This document shows, piece after piece, positions 37,501-52,000 of a DNA stretch of 64,000 nucleotides. Below the pieces are notes generated by a model. It made no database searches, was not told where the DNA came from, and worked only from the letters and a program-made list of their open reading frames with translations. Where the stretch lies: positions 100,378,001 to 100,442,000 of the forward strand of contig OX597823.1 in the NCBI GenBank assembly GCA_951406725.2, read 5' to 3'. Every line of letters starts with the position of its first letter. Within the stretch, counting starts at the first letter, position 1. Origin of the DNA: Octopus vulgaris. Its lineage: Eukaryota. Both the position numbers and the translations under genes were made by a program.

Positions 37501-40270
37501 CACTTCAGACCTCAATGAGCAGAGAGATAGTTTTTAATCGCTTTAAATAGGCAAGGCATTTTTACTTACACATCTTGCTCTATGCTAATCTTGTGTTTAT
37601 AATCCCAGAGCAAAAGCTATGACTGTTGTGAGGTGAAGGTACTCGACTACTGACCACATGGTCATAAGTTTAGACAGTATTATGTCACTTAACTCTGCTT
37701 ACTCCATCTGTCTAGAACAGGTTTCACCCTCTATATCACACTTGAGTGGTCAGCATTAGAGAAGATATCTATCTGCTATCTGTGAAAACAGTTGTTCCAA
37801 CAAATAACCATCTTATAATAACGGTAAAACATTGAAAAAACAAAATGTGCTAAATTAAGCTTATTATTTTTAAGAACATTTACTGACAGGGAGATTACAA
37901 TACTGAGAGTAGCGTCAAATATAGAAGGCAAATGTCTCTATGCCCAAGCAACCCATTTGCAACTAACTTTGAATTTGTTTCCTGACCTTTGGACGTATCT
38001 GATTTTGGTGTCAATAAAATATAAATTCCATTCATTGAAATTTTTAATAAAATAACTCCTTATCTGAGTTTTCCCATACCAACCTGCCTAAAACTGATCC
38101 TGGTTCTGTTATACAAACTCCCTGTTTTGAAGTGATCTAAATTAAGGCTTCCCATCACAACAAAGTTATTTTACCAAATTCTTCATTATTTTCAAAATGA
38201 AGGAGTTGATGAGGCTTTCCATCTGTATTCCTTTATAAACACCAGAAAGAGAATTTTTCTTTACTGGTTGAATAAGGTGTCAGATAAAAGTTAATATCCC
38301 AGCCAAAACAAATTTTATAGTAAAACAAAAATAAAACAAATCTATCGTGAATGTTTGGGTTTGACTTCTAAAGAGTTGCAATTTTGATGTAAATGACTCT
38401 TATTCAGCTTCACGTCTGCCAGCTACATCTGTGGTCTGTCTGATATTTATACTAGAATATGTAGGTATCTTCTGGTTTATACAATATGACTGAGAAAACC
38501 TGCAGAACAGTCATTGGTCTAAAACTGAGACCCAGCTAAGTCAAATTTGAGATCCTTTGTTTGTCAAAGTGCATATTCTCTTTATGTTAATAATTTTGCT
38601 ACAGTAAATATTACTGTAGAATATATTTGGTGATCCTGCCAGTTCTGGTACTACTTAAAAAGAATCCAGTTCACGCTGTAAAGTGGTTGACATTTGGAAG
38701 AGCATCCAACCGTAAAAACCATGCCAAAACAGACTCAGAAGTCTGGTGCGGTCTTCTGCCTGGCCAGCTCTTGTCAAACCATCCAACCCATGCCAGCATG
38801 AAAGCAGGATGTTAAATGATGATGATGATATTCTATAGTGGCACAAAAGTTAGTGTTCCTTATCTTTCCATCGTGATTCATTTATTTCTAATGATTTCCT
38901 AATTCAATTTATTCCAGAGTTTGCCTGAGCATGCATTCAGGACTGAATATGGACAAATTATTTCTTTCAACATTAAGGTAAGTAATGGAAGAGTGATGCT
39001 GGACATTTTATAATTTAGTGGAGAAATTAATTTTGTAAATTTATCCATAACAAATATATATCAGTTCACTACAAGCTACACAAATGGGTGAGATATTGGT
39101 CCCTCAACCCCAATTACATATTATTTGTTCCTCAAGAAAATCTTCATGTACTGTTTCTTACCACAGCTACCCATTAGTATCAATAATGTATTTTACAGGA
39201 TATAAAAAATATTACATTCACACACATGGTTTATTGTTCATCTTAAACACTGATGTACAAAAACAGGTTTGGCTATTATTATCAATGATGATGATGGTGA
39301 TGATGTTGTTTAGCCCTTAATCAGTGATTGAGTAAATTTATTGTCAAAGGTATTCCAGCTACAAACATTTGATTTTTAATTCTAGGTTAGCTTATATTGG
39401 ACCTCATTATCCAATAGTTCATGACTTCTTCAAGGCAGTAGGATGTGATTTGAGGAAAATATGGCAGGTTCATAAAATTGGCCTCTGTTGTTGCAAGTAA
39501 TAGCATTGAGGTTTAAAGATGGGTGCAAGCAGTTTTGAAAATTAATAATGCTTAGAGGACTCCTTAGAAGTTGTTGATTGCTTCTATCATGTAAGCAAAC
39601 AGATTAACAATGGAGGAAGGTGTAGTTCTAAATATGTTGTAGTATCATCTGAGGAATTGTTACTTCTGCTGGCAACAAAAGGATTCTCTGAATAAAAGGC
39701 AGAGTGTTTGATACTTGTGTTTAAAGTGCTGTGTGGCATGGCAGAAAAACATAGGCTTTGAACGTGGAGGGTTTACAAAAGCTGGGGAAAAAATGAAGCA
39801 AGCATAATCCACCAGATGTGTAAGTAATGTTTGGGTGGATGAATGAGGGACCATTAATGGAACTTGTGAAAAACTGAAGACTGAAATGGAGAAGCATATG
39901 GATGATTAGCAGTGGTTAAAGAAGTTCCAAGCAATCTAGATGGGAGGAACCTACAGAACATCCAGGATGACACAAGAAGGAATGGTAACAGCTAATTTCA
40001 GGAGGTTGAACTGCATAAAGGAAATGGCAAAGAGATCACAACCGATGAGATTTTGTGCTAGAGAAAAACACATCTAACACATGCAAGTAGGTAAAGCCAG
40101 GTGTAAAATGATGATGGTGAAAACAATGATGATGCTGTTATTTTATTTTTATTTTGAATTTCCTAATTTTATTTTTCTAGGATATCTTTATTGGTAATCC
40201 CACAGTTTCTAAATCAAATGTGTCTGGAGCAACACAGATGCTTTATCCAGCAGAAGTAAGTTGTTGTTGT

Positions 40271-40302
<32 letters not shown>

Positions 40303-43300
40303 GCAGCAGTGCTGAGCTTGCAGAATCATTATCACAAAGAACAAAATGCTGAGTAGCATTTCTTTCAGTTTTATGTTCTGTGTTCAAATTCTGCTAAGGT
40401 CAACTTTGCTTTTCACCCATTTGGGGTTGACGAAATAAGTAACATTTGAGCATTGGGGTCATTGTAATTCAGTGGCCCCTCTCTGAGAATTTCAGGCATT
40501 ATGCCTGAGCTGGCAGAATCAGAAATGCTTGGCAGCATTTCGTCACTCTGTATGTTCTGAGTTAAAATTCCTCTCAAGTTGACTTTGCCTTTCATCCTTT
40601 CAGAGTTAATAAAATAAGGTACCAGTCATATATTAGGGTTGATGCAATCGACTAACCCCTACCTCCTTCTAAAACTTGTGTTCTTGTGCTGAAATTCGAA
40701 ACACCTATTATCATTAAGCTGCCAGAATTGTTTGCACATCGAACGAAGCGCTCAACAGCATTTCTTCTGGTTGTGTACCCTGTGCCATAATTAGAAAAAG
40801 TTGTTGTTGTAATAATGAATTGACAGAATCTGTTGCAGAGACAAAATGTCTCAGATCCAATCCCATCAAAATCAATTTTGGCTTTCATTCCTTCTGGATC
40901 AATAAAATAAAATAGCAGTCAAATACTGGATTTGATATAATATGGACTGGCCACTTCCCTAAAATATGATGTCATGTACCTCTGTGAGAAATTATTGTTA
41001 GTGGCAGCAGATTGGCAGAACTATTAGAACATTGGACAAAATGCTTTGCAGTCAATTCAAAAATTAAAATTTATCAACGTATTATATTATATTCTTATAA
41101 TAAATATTAAATACAAATTACATACAATTGTTTCAATTCTTACCCATAATAAAATTATAAAAATCCATATATATATGAATGTGTGTATGTTTGTGTTTTT
41201 GTGCTATTATCACATGATAGTTGTAAATAAGTGTGTCCGTCATTTCCAATATTCTGCGCAAACATGTCGGGACTTGGGGAAATGTTACTTGGAAACAGAT
41301 GAAGGTTAGCAACAGGAAGGGCTTATAATGGCCATAGACAATCTGCCTCAACAAATTCCATCTTACCCATGCAAGCATGGAAAAGTAAGATGATGATTAG
41401 ATATAATGTGTGTTTAATTTGAATAATATTTTCTCTTTTTTCAATAAAGTGTCGTCAAAGAAGAATCTCTTATACGGGTCCATTAATTGTCACACTTGGC
41501 TGGTCCATCGATGGAGTCAAACAAGAAGCTATTCCTAAACATTTAGGAGACGTTCCAGTTATGGTAAAAGTATGTGATATTCCTGTATTTCGTTTCCCTG
41601 ATTTACCTCTTTGTCACCATAATGGGTAGGAGAGGTTTGTAAATTGTATATATTTATGTCCCCACCTCGCTCCTCATCCTTGCTGATACTTTCATTCTCC
41701 TTGTATTTAAATACTGCTTTTGGTTGAATAGACCCGAAGCACAGTACTTTGCCATACCTTTAGAATCCAATCTAATTACCATTTTTACAAGTCTTCTTGT
41801 ACTTACCTTTACCTCTACATTATCAGCCCTCTATTACCAGCTTCTTCTCCTGTTCACTTGGCATTTCTCATCCATTCACATTCTCTAGATGCTGAAACAA
41901 AATATTGTTCTCTCTTTTACAAGCAGAACATTATTTTGATGGGTTTTGCAAAGCTCAATGTAAGGCATTCACTTATTGGCTGATCACTTAAATGTTGGTG
42001 TACTGAAGCATCACTAAAGGGACCCCCACCATATGCATTCCTGCGGAATCCCCTGACAACATATATTTAAAATGGTATTTTTATAGATCAAGCATGGCAG
42101 TGTCAGTGGTTCACGTCTTTCTGTTCGCAAAACGCAGGCTTTCTCCAATGTAGACTAAATGTTTGATATGTCAGACGAGTCAGAAAGTAACGATGATTGT
42201 CTGGATAGTGGAAATGATGTTGATTTGTGTTGTTGTTGTTGTTATAATTCTGATACTGATTCAGACGAGAAGCACAAGACATGTTTAAGTCATGTGGATA
42301 TTGAGGCTGTGTATGAGTATGGCAGTGCTGAGTGTAGTAACAGAAATGAGTTGCAGAGGGATAATGATACCTCTGTTAATGCAGATGATGTCTCTGCGGA
42401 TAATTTGATGCATGTAATTAACTTGAAAATAACAAATCTCCTGTTATAAATGATTTTGTTGACCAAGATTGACCAGAATGGACACTAGCTAAAGCTAGGC
42501 CTGATGATTTTTATTCATTTATTTTTTTGGCTGCTATTAGTGTTGGGCCTTCAGTTTAAGATTATCTTGGGACAGAAACCAATAAATATTTCACCTACTG
42601 TATGGGAAGTGTGGAACAACTTCAAAAGCATTCCAAAATGTAGGCAAAGCGGCCGAGCACCTTTCAAACGTGGGCCTCACGGAGGCAATGACTAAGACCT
42701 TTGGCATTATTTCGTGCTTGAGAAGAAGACCCATCAAGCCGAGCAAAATTGCAGTTGTGGCACATAAAAGCACCTATTACACTCTCAGAGTGGTTGGTAT
42801 TAGGAAGGGCATCCAGCCGTAGAAACCATGCAAAATCAGACTGGATCCTGGTGCAGCCTTGCAGCATGCCAACCCAATCAAACCATTCAACCTATGACTG
42901 CATGGACAATGGATGTTAAATGAGGATGATGATGGTCTTTGACAACCATTGATGTTTGAGAAAAAGACAAGCATTTGTCAGTTTGCTTTTGAATATGGGA
43001 TACTGTGTTTTAAGCAAATTTTCTGAAAATTCACCCACACCACAGGATTTAAAAAATTGAATGAGTTAACTGACGTAGTAGTAGACTTAATTTGTAATTA
43101 GTAGACTTAATTGATGGGGAAGATTTAATTTACTTTGAGAAAAATACAAATGTCACAACTTCCTGTTTCTGTTACTAATTTTAAAACTTTGTATCTAATA
43201 AAATATCTATTTTTTGTTGCAGTCTAATATTTGTAACTTAAAGAATTTAACACCAACTGAACTTGTTCAGAAAGGAGAAGAAGCAGAGGTATGGGAACAT

Positions 43301-46300
43301 TTTAAAAGAATATCATTTTCATGTTTTGTAGTTTGGTTCTGTGTTATGTCTCTGGCAAAGATATTTAATTTTGTGTGTTACTTCTATTTAACTGTATCTG
43401 TAAGGCTGTTGTGGGTAGCGAGGGACCAACTCTAGCTTGTGCTGAGCTACAGTCTTTATGTGGCTGTGTAGTTAAACAGTTCACTTCCCAACTACATGGT
43501 TTCAGGTTCAGCCCTCTGCGTAGCACTTTGGGCAAGTGTCTTCCACTATAGACCCGAGCCTGTTGTGAGTGGATTTAATAGATGGAAACTAAAAGAAGCC
43601 TATTGTGTGTGCGTATTAGGCTAAATCTCAAAGATGTGAGAATAAGTTTCAAAAAATTTCTAGGCCATAAAAGTAACGACACAAGAAAAATATTATAGAC
43701 TAATTTGGTTAAATGAAGCTGGAGGGTAAAGAGTCGAATGTATAATATTAGATGTCTAGTGAAAGGTTGAGCAGAAGGAAACAAAGAGATCATTTGGATA
43801 TTAAAATGATTAGACATTATGTGCGAAAGAAATGGTTTCACTGGTATAGACATGTCTTGTGGATGGTTTGCATCTGCAAAATGAGAAAGTGTTGATGGAA
43901 TGAGACAAATGGACACAACTGTTTGGGTTCTGATGATTTAGCACAGCTGACTGGACGTTTGGCCAATTATGGTGACTGTGCTTTCTGGTACCAGAGGCAA
44001 AGACACAGATCTATGCATACAGGTAGAAAGAGTGAGAGAGCAAGTTATCACAGTTTATTAAATGAACACAACATAAACACTTGCCCTCTTCTCATCCACA
44101 TAAAAAAGCAATAAGGCTCACATGTATAAACAAAAGGAGAGGGAAACAGTAAAACAGTGGAAGTCAAATAAGTGAATGGCACCAAATAGGTGATGCCAAA
44201 ACAGCTGTGCCAAAATGTCTCACACCTTAGAATTTGTACATCATCATTATCGTCATTTAACATTTGTTTTCCATGCTGCAATGAGTTGGAACTGGTAAGG
44301 CCAAGGGCTGCACCAGGTTCCTTAGTCTGTTTTGGCATAGTTTCTTCAGCTGGATGCCCTTCCTAACACCAAGCACTCTACAGAGTGTACCATCATTTTT
44401 AATGTCCGCTTTCCATGCTGGTATGTGTTGGACGGTTTGACATGGAGTTGGTTAGCAGGGAACTGTCCAGGCTCCAGTTGTCTGTTGTGGCATGGTTTCT
44501 ATGACTGAATGCCTTTCTTAATGCCTACCACTTAACAGAGTGTGCTGGGTGCTTTTATGCAGTAGTGGCACATGAGCTTTTCAAGTGGCACCAACATCCC
44601 GACATCTAAAATGACAAACTTATATAAATGAAGGACAGCAGTTTTCCTTAGCTTGATCTGTCTTATCAAGTACAGCAAATTGCGACATCTTCCACTCCCT
44701 TGTCATTTCCTCAGTGTGGCACAGCTTCTAAAGATCCTTTCTCACCGCTTGTCCCATGTCTTCCTGGGTCTACCCCTTCCATAGGTTCCCTCCACAATTA
44801 GAGCTTGGTACTTCTTCATGAAGCTGTCCTCATCCATATGCATCACCTGACCAAACCAGTGCAGTCTTCACTCCTGCACACATCTGATGCCTCTTACACC
44901 CAGGTTTTGTCTTAAACCATTTACACTCTGCCATGTGCATGCACACTGACATTAGCCGTCCAGCAGAACATGCTGGCTTCATTTCTTTCAAGCCTTTACA
45001 AGTCTTCTGTAGTTAAAAGCCTTTGTTTCACTGCCATGTAACATAGCTGTATGTACACAGGCATCATGCAATCTACCTTTTACTATGAGAGCGCGGCCCT
45101 TACAAACGTAGAAGCTCCCTGAACTTTGCCTAGCCCATTCTTATCCTAGCAACTACACTTTCAGAACTTCCTCCACTTAACTTGGCACCATCTCCAATTC
45201 ATTTTACCTGTTACCTTGGTATTAGGATATCAGTTCTGTTGCGGTGGGCAGGTCTTCTTGAGTGCAGCAATACGCCACATATCTTGGTCATCAGTCACCT
45301 TCTTCTTGATAAGGAAAATTAAAATGTGCCCTTTATATTACCCTTATAGAAAAATGCAGTTTACTTCAAGAAAAAAAATTTATTTTTCATTTACAGGAAG
45401 CTGGTGGATATTTCATAATTAATGGGATTGAAAAAGTTGTGCGTTTAATTGTTGAAGTACGAAAAAATCATGTAAGTACTGTGCAATCCTCTTATTTGCT
45501 GTGTTAAATGTACTTCATCTAAAACTGTTTGTTTCTTCTGTCCTTACCTCATTATGTTTTCAATGTGTTTTATGTGAACATGATCTATAATACCATACAT
45601 CCTGAAAGTGCTAACGCTACTCCTGATGTACCGATGTACCCATGCCTCTTCATATTTCTTGTACACTTTCCTTTTCTGTTTTTTTCTGTTTACTATGCAT
45701 CTGTGTAAAGCCTTCATTGCTGTCTTTCTTAACTTGGCTTTATGGCTGTTGTCATCATCATCTTCATTTAGCATCCATTGTCCATGCTGGCATGGGTTGG
45801 ATTGGTTGACCAGAGCTGGTAAGCTGAGGGGCTGCACCAGACTCCAGTCTGCTTGACATGGTTTCTACGACTGGATGCCCTTCCTTACACCAACCACTCT
45901 GAGAGTGTAATAGGTGCATTTACGTGCCACCGATACAGGTACCAGTTACATGACACCAGTATCTGTTGTCTGTCCTCGATTTCTTTTATCCGTTTCTGAC
46001 AACCTGTGGTGTACCTGAGCATTGTTTACAACTAGCACCTCCTCATCATTGGCATCAGTGTCTTTAAGGCAGCGAGCTGGCAGAATTGTTAGCATGCCAG
46101 GCAATATGCTTAGTGGCAGTTTGTCCGTCTTTACATTCTGAGTTCAAATTCTGCCATGGTCATCCTTTCAGTGTTGATGAAATAATTACCAGTTATGTAC
46201 TGGGGTTGATAGCCCCTCCCCTCAAATTTCAGGCCTTGTGCCTACAGTAGAAAGGATTATTATTGTTATTATTTTGCTTGTTCCTGTGTGTATATATATA

Positions 46301-48982
46301 TATATATATATGGAGAGAAAGAGGAGGAAGGGAGACCAACAAAGAAACAAAATGAGAATAGCTGAATCAGTGAAAAAAATAGAAAGGGAAAATATGAAAG
46401 AGAGAGCAGGAAGGTCTACATTATAAGAGAATGTGGTTTTTATTAGAAAAAAGTGAGGGAGAGGAATGTCTATTATTAGAAAGAGCGAGGGGAGAAGGAG
46501 GTGTATATTATTCTGCATTCATGTGTTAAAATTGCAGGTACAATTGAAATGTTAAACATAGTGAAAGAGTGTCGTGAAGATTTATAAATTCATGCTTTAA
46601 AAGATATATCAAGCGATAGTGAAATTAAAGTGAAATGACCTTAGCAAATAGCTGTGGAAATGACCTTCGTAAATAGCTGTGTTCCAGACTAAAACCTGTG
46701 GCCATGCTTGGACATCACTGTATTATTTTTGCTGTTAGGTTTAAATGCTTATCAGTATTATGAAAGTAGACAAATACCTTCATTGACTGAAGGGAAAGTT
46801 GATATGATTGTTACTGAGACAGACATGTCAGTAGGTTGGTGCACCTACTGATGCAAATAGAAAAATATATAATAGATATACAAGTGTTCATCATCATCGT
46901 TTAACGTCCGCTTTCCATGCTACATGGGTTGGACGGTTCAACTGGGGTCTGGCAAGCCCGAAGGCTGCACCAGGCCAGTCAGATCTGGCAGTGTTTCTAC
47001 AGCTGGATGCCCTTCCTAATGCCAACCACTCTGAGAGTGTAGTGGGTGATTTTATGTTGCGAGAGTAAATCTAGAATTTTATTAATCTCGGGTAGATTTA
47101 TGCCATTCATATTGCATTCAGTTCACACAGTCTGTAAAGTGTTTTATGTGATCACAGACTCTGCCTTTTTCATAATAAATATTTGAATTGGTTCATGTTT
47201 TGTATTTCTGTTTATGTGTGTGTGTCACATACAGTTTATATAGTCTTGTCAGTAAGTGAGCTCATACTCTTTCATATGTACATATAACTATATGAAATAT
47301 AGTTTGTATTTATTTACTCTGTAAATATGTAATTAAGATTGTAAATAATAAACATTTAATCTATATATATATATATATAATGTTTTACCTTTCTAATTCA
47401 TTTTTTTATTTCCTTAAACTCTAAAGCACATCATATCTGTCAAATGTATTACAAAGTAAATAAGCAATACATTCGAAATTCATTTCAATTATATTTAAAA
47501 GCAGTTTTGAAACTCCTTGTTTGTGTTTAATATACTAACATTATGTTTTCAAATGTGCTGGCTTATACTGTGGAATTTCCCTCCCTGGGTCCTGCTAGTT
47601 ATTATTAAACAAATTTCCTTGTTTTATTGTGATACAAGTCTTTCCACTACTCTGTCACATTTACCTCACATATTGTAATATCTCTTAGGAGAATCACTTC
47701 TTGATGACTCTGTTCTGTCACATGAAACATTTCTCTTTGCTCTAACATACATTACTAACTGAAGGAAGCTGTTTGGTACCTCTTAAAGGTTCTTATGATC
47801 ATCTTCATCTATCTCTACAGCATTAGCTACAAGTCCCAGATTCCTTCACTATCTATCAACTGTCCTTACCTGGCCAGTAAAATAAGTAATATTTTCCCGG
47901 ATAGGAGACCAAGTTACTGAATATTGGAATATTCAGATGTTCAGAAAAGTATAAAAATGTGTAAATAAAAAAGAGTCCACGAAAGACAAGGGAGAGGAAA
48001 TGAAATAAGGACAGCTACTGGTAATGATAATCTATCGTATTAGAAAGTGTTTCTTACAACTGGTGAGGTTGTGCACTAGTTTCCAACTCAGTTGTGACAA
48101 ATACCAGCACGACTAAGGCTAACAGTTTTCTGATTTTATATCTGTTGTCAGCTCATTGTTTGAATACTCTAACATTTCTGTTCTTTTTAGGTACTTCTTT
48201 ATCAAATAAGGATTAACTGAAATTAATTGAGTATCACTGGTATTATATTAAAACATAACAGAATTTGTATTCATCTCATTCCTTTATAGCCTTTATGCAT
48301 AAAACAACCATCATTGAAGAAAGGCGGAGAGCTTTTCACTGAATATGCTTTGAAAATAAGATGTCAGAAACCAAATGGCTTTTCAAGGGTATGACAATAT
48401 TTTGATTTTGTTTAGTAAGTGGTGAGTGAGTCATTAACATACTGGTATTCCAATTTACTGGTAACATTTTCATAGCTACCATATTATATTCTGAAGACAA
48501 TTACATTACCTGGTTATCATCACTCAGTCTTTATACAAAGGGAAATATCATCAAGGTTTTCTACCCTAAATGGTTGGTCAGGAAAGGAACATTAAGTTGT
48601 AAAATAGAAAAAGCATCTGTGCATATTGCCATGCATTTTAGAAGTTGACATAGAAGCATGTGGTTTGGTATTCAGCTTCTCTGCACAACACTATGAGAAA
48701 GTGTCTTCTACTGGGCCAACCTAGGCCTTCTGAGTGAATTTGGCATTATAGCTATTAGGCCCCCATGATGATGACGGTTTGTGTAGGACCTGCACTCTTT
48801 GGAAATATTGATAGCAGAAAGTTGGTGCCAATGTTTATCACAAACTCAATGAACAACATACCACAGGCTTTTCTATTAATTCTCCATCTCTTGGTTAATT
48901 GCTTTCGCTACAGCTTAGAACCCAACCCACCCTGGTAGGCTAAATATCTACCTAGGCACCAAACCCCAAATTTCTAAGTCCT

Positions 48983-49040
<58 letters not shown>

Positions 49041-52000
49041 TTAACTGTCACCAGATAAGTAAAGCACTGCTGGTGTTGACATTCTTTGTTGCTTTGAACA
49101 TTTGAAGACTTGTGGAAAATCCTTTATCTGAAAACCCAAATGAAAGTTCATGACAGGAAGAGCTTCATGCTATAAAATTCTGCTCAAAAATCAATTTCCT
49201 GTCCAAGCCAGGTTAACAGAAAACCAGGCATTAAACAAACACACACATAAAATATTGGTCATGTTAAAAGAAGCAATAACTGGAGTCTGCCATTGAAATT
49301 TTCTGCTTTTAAAATAAGTCTGTTCCTTATTATCGAAATATTCTCCTGTACTACTCAAGAATTAATGATTTTTAGCTATATATAATTTATTTTAACAAAT
49401 TCAATGTTCTGTTGTTGAAGAGGAGAGCAGCATTTGGTTTTAGCTAACACCATCTCTTGGAAGTAATGTAAGTAAAGTTATTCATTCATTAGCCCTAACG
49501 TTATCATCACCATCATTGTCTTGATGTCCACTTTTCCACACTTGTATGAGTTGGACAATTTGTTGAGGCAGATTTTCTATAACTGATGCCCTCAACTGTT
49601 TCCTAGCAAAGTATTATTTCCTCATATGACAGACTGGACATGAAGGATACTGTGTTGATCATCATCAACTTCAATTAGCATCTGTTTTCCATGCTGGTAT
49701 GGGTTAGACGGTTTGACTGGTGCTTTCTATGTGTTATTGGTCCGGTCACAACTAAGCTTGATGTGTCTTCTCAAGCACAGCAAATCACCAAAAGTCTTTG
49801 GTCACTTGTTATTGCTTCTGTGAGACTCAACATTCAAAGATCATATTTTACCACCTCATCCCATATCTTCCTGGGTCTACCTCTTTCACAAGTCCCTTCC
49901 CCAGTTAGAGGTTGTCACTTCTTTATGCAGCTGTCTTCATCCATATGCATCACATGGCCAAACTAGTGCAATCTTCTTTCTTGCATGCAACATCTGATGC
50001 TTCTTGTACCCAATTTATTTCTTGAGACACACTTTGTCATGCATGCACACTGACATTGCACATCCAACAAAACATACTAGCATCATTTCTTTCAAACCTT
50101 CGCATGTCCTCTGCAGTTACAGCCCATGTTCCACTGCCATGTAGCATGGTTGTTCGTACACAGGCATCATGCAATCTGGCTTTCACTCTGAAGGAGAGGC
50201 CCTTTGTTGCCAACAAATGTAGCAGCTCTCTGAACTTTGCCCAGCCTATTCTTATTCTAGCATCTATGCTCCAAGAGCAACCCCCTTCGCTGCTGATTTG
50301 GTTGCCTAGGTAATGGAAGCTATCTATTACTTCAAGACAAGGACACACACACACCCACATGCATATAATATGTGTGTGAATGTCATCATTATCATCATTT
50401 ATCTTCCATGATTGCATGGGTCAAACAGAATTTGTTGAGGCTGGATGCCCTTCCTGTTGCCAACCCTCACCTGTTCGTAAGCAAGGCAATTTTTCTCCCT
50501 CTGGGCTAGACTTTTTTTTCATGGAAGACTGGAAACAAACAACCTTGCTTTTAAGGTGATGATGTTCATTTACAACTATCATATGATGTCTGGGCATCGG
50601 TGCCCCTCCCCCACCTCCCAACACGTTTACAACAAGTTTCTTTCTGTCTACCAAATCCAAATCCACTCAGAAGGCTTTGGTTGACCTGAGAATATACTAG
50701 AAGACACTTGTCCAAGATTCCAAACAATGCAACTGGACCCGAAACCTCATGGTTAGGAAGCATGCACAGTCATACCTGCTCCTACATCAACCACCTTTTT
50801 TGTAAATGAATGTATAATGTTGCTATTACATTTTCTAATTAGATATGGTGTATTTGCATAAATTACTTTGTTGGTAGATCTTGATGTTGTATGTGTGACT
50901 AGCATCATTTGTATATCTTCACATGTGTTTCTCACAGATACCTCTGTCTCTTAACACCTACCAAATGTTTGAATATAGAAACTGATTTCTTTTTTTTTTT
51001 AATAATGATACACACCCAAGCAGCCAATTGAGTGTTAGGAAATGACAAAATGTATTACTGTCAGAAACCAACTACCAAAAGTAAAAGGAATGGACCACAC
51101 ACCACCTGGCCCAAAACGGAGGTACGCAGATGTGGTGCGTGCTACAAACCGCCAACATGTTATTGAAAGGGCAGCTGCTGAACAAGAATCTTTTTTGTGC
51201 ATGGCACAAAAGATTGTACAGCAGCTAACCTGGCTCCATCAAACTCAAACTCGCAGATGGGACTATCCACAATACACAAGACCGCCACAGCAAATAGACC
51301 CAAGGTGGACACCGCCGGCAACAGTATACACCTCACCTCGATGCTCCTACTGAACATCAGAGGACTGCTAACACTCAGTAATAGGACAAAAATCCTGTTC
51401 TTGAGAGACTTTGTTGCATGCAATCAAGCCTTATGCATAGCACTTACGGAAACACACCTGAAACCGGACATAGCAGGATGCGGAAATACACATACCACAG
51501 TATGTTGTACTACGGACCGACAGAAAAGAAAGGAGTCATGGAGGAGTTGCTATGTACATCCGTGAGGACCTCACACCCCAGATCCTTCTGTCATACTCAA
51601 ACTCGGTGTGTGACATACTAATTGTACATATAAGGCAACTTGGTGTAGTTATATGTGCTAAATATCGCCCTCCAGATGCCCCAAGCCATGTAGGCAAGTT
51701 TGAAGACTGCCTTATAAAAATAGAAGTTCTAGTCACATTAGAACAACACATAAGTGTACTTCTTATGGGAGACTTCAATCTACCCAATGTCAGATGGCCC
51801 GAGGGCCTTTCTCTTCCAGGAATGACACGATGTGAACGAGGACAGGCAAGGTCCCTCCTGAACCTCATCAACATTCTGTACATGGAGCAAGTAATACTCC
51901 AACCAACCAGGGCAGGTAACATACTGGATCTCTGCTTCACAAATAATATGGATCTCATCCATAATGTGAAAGTGATGCCGACACTACTCTCGGATCACAA

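Noticed and set aside
42159-42449. Acidic ORF as an extra POLR1B exon or nested gene
   Set aside because: Exons 5 and 6 join without a gap in the RPA2 sequence; low complexity, more like a transposase N-terminus remnant.
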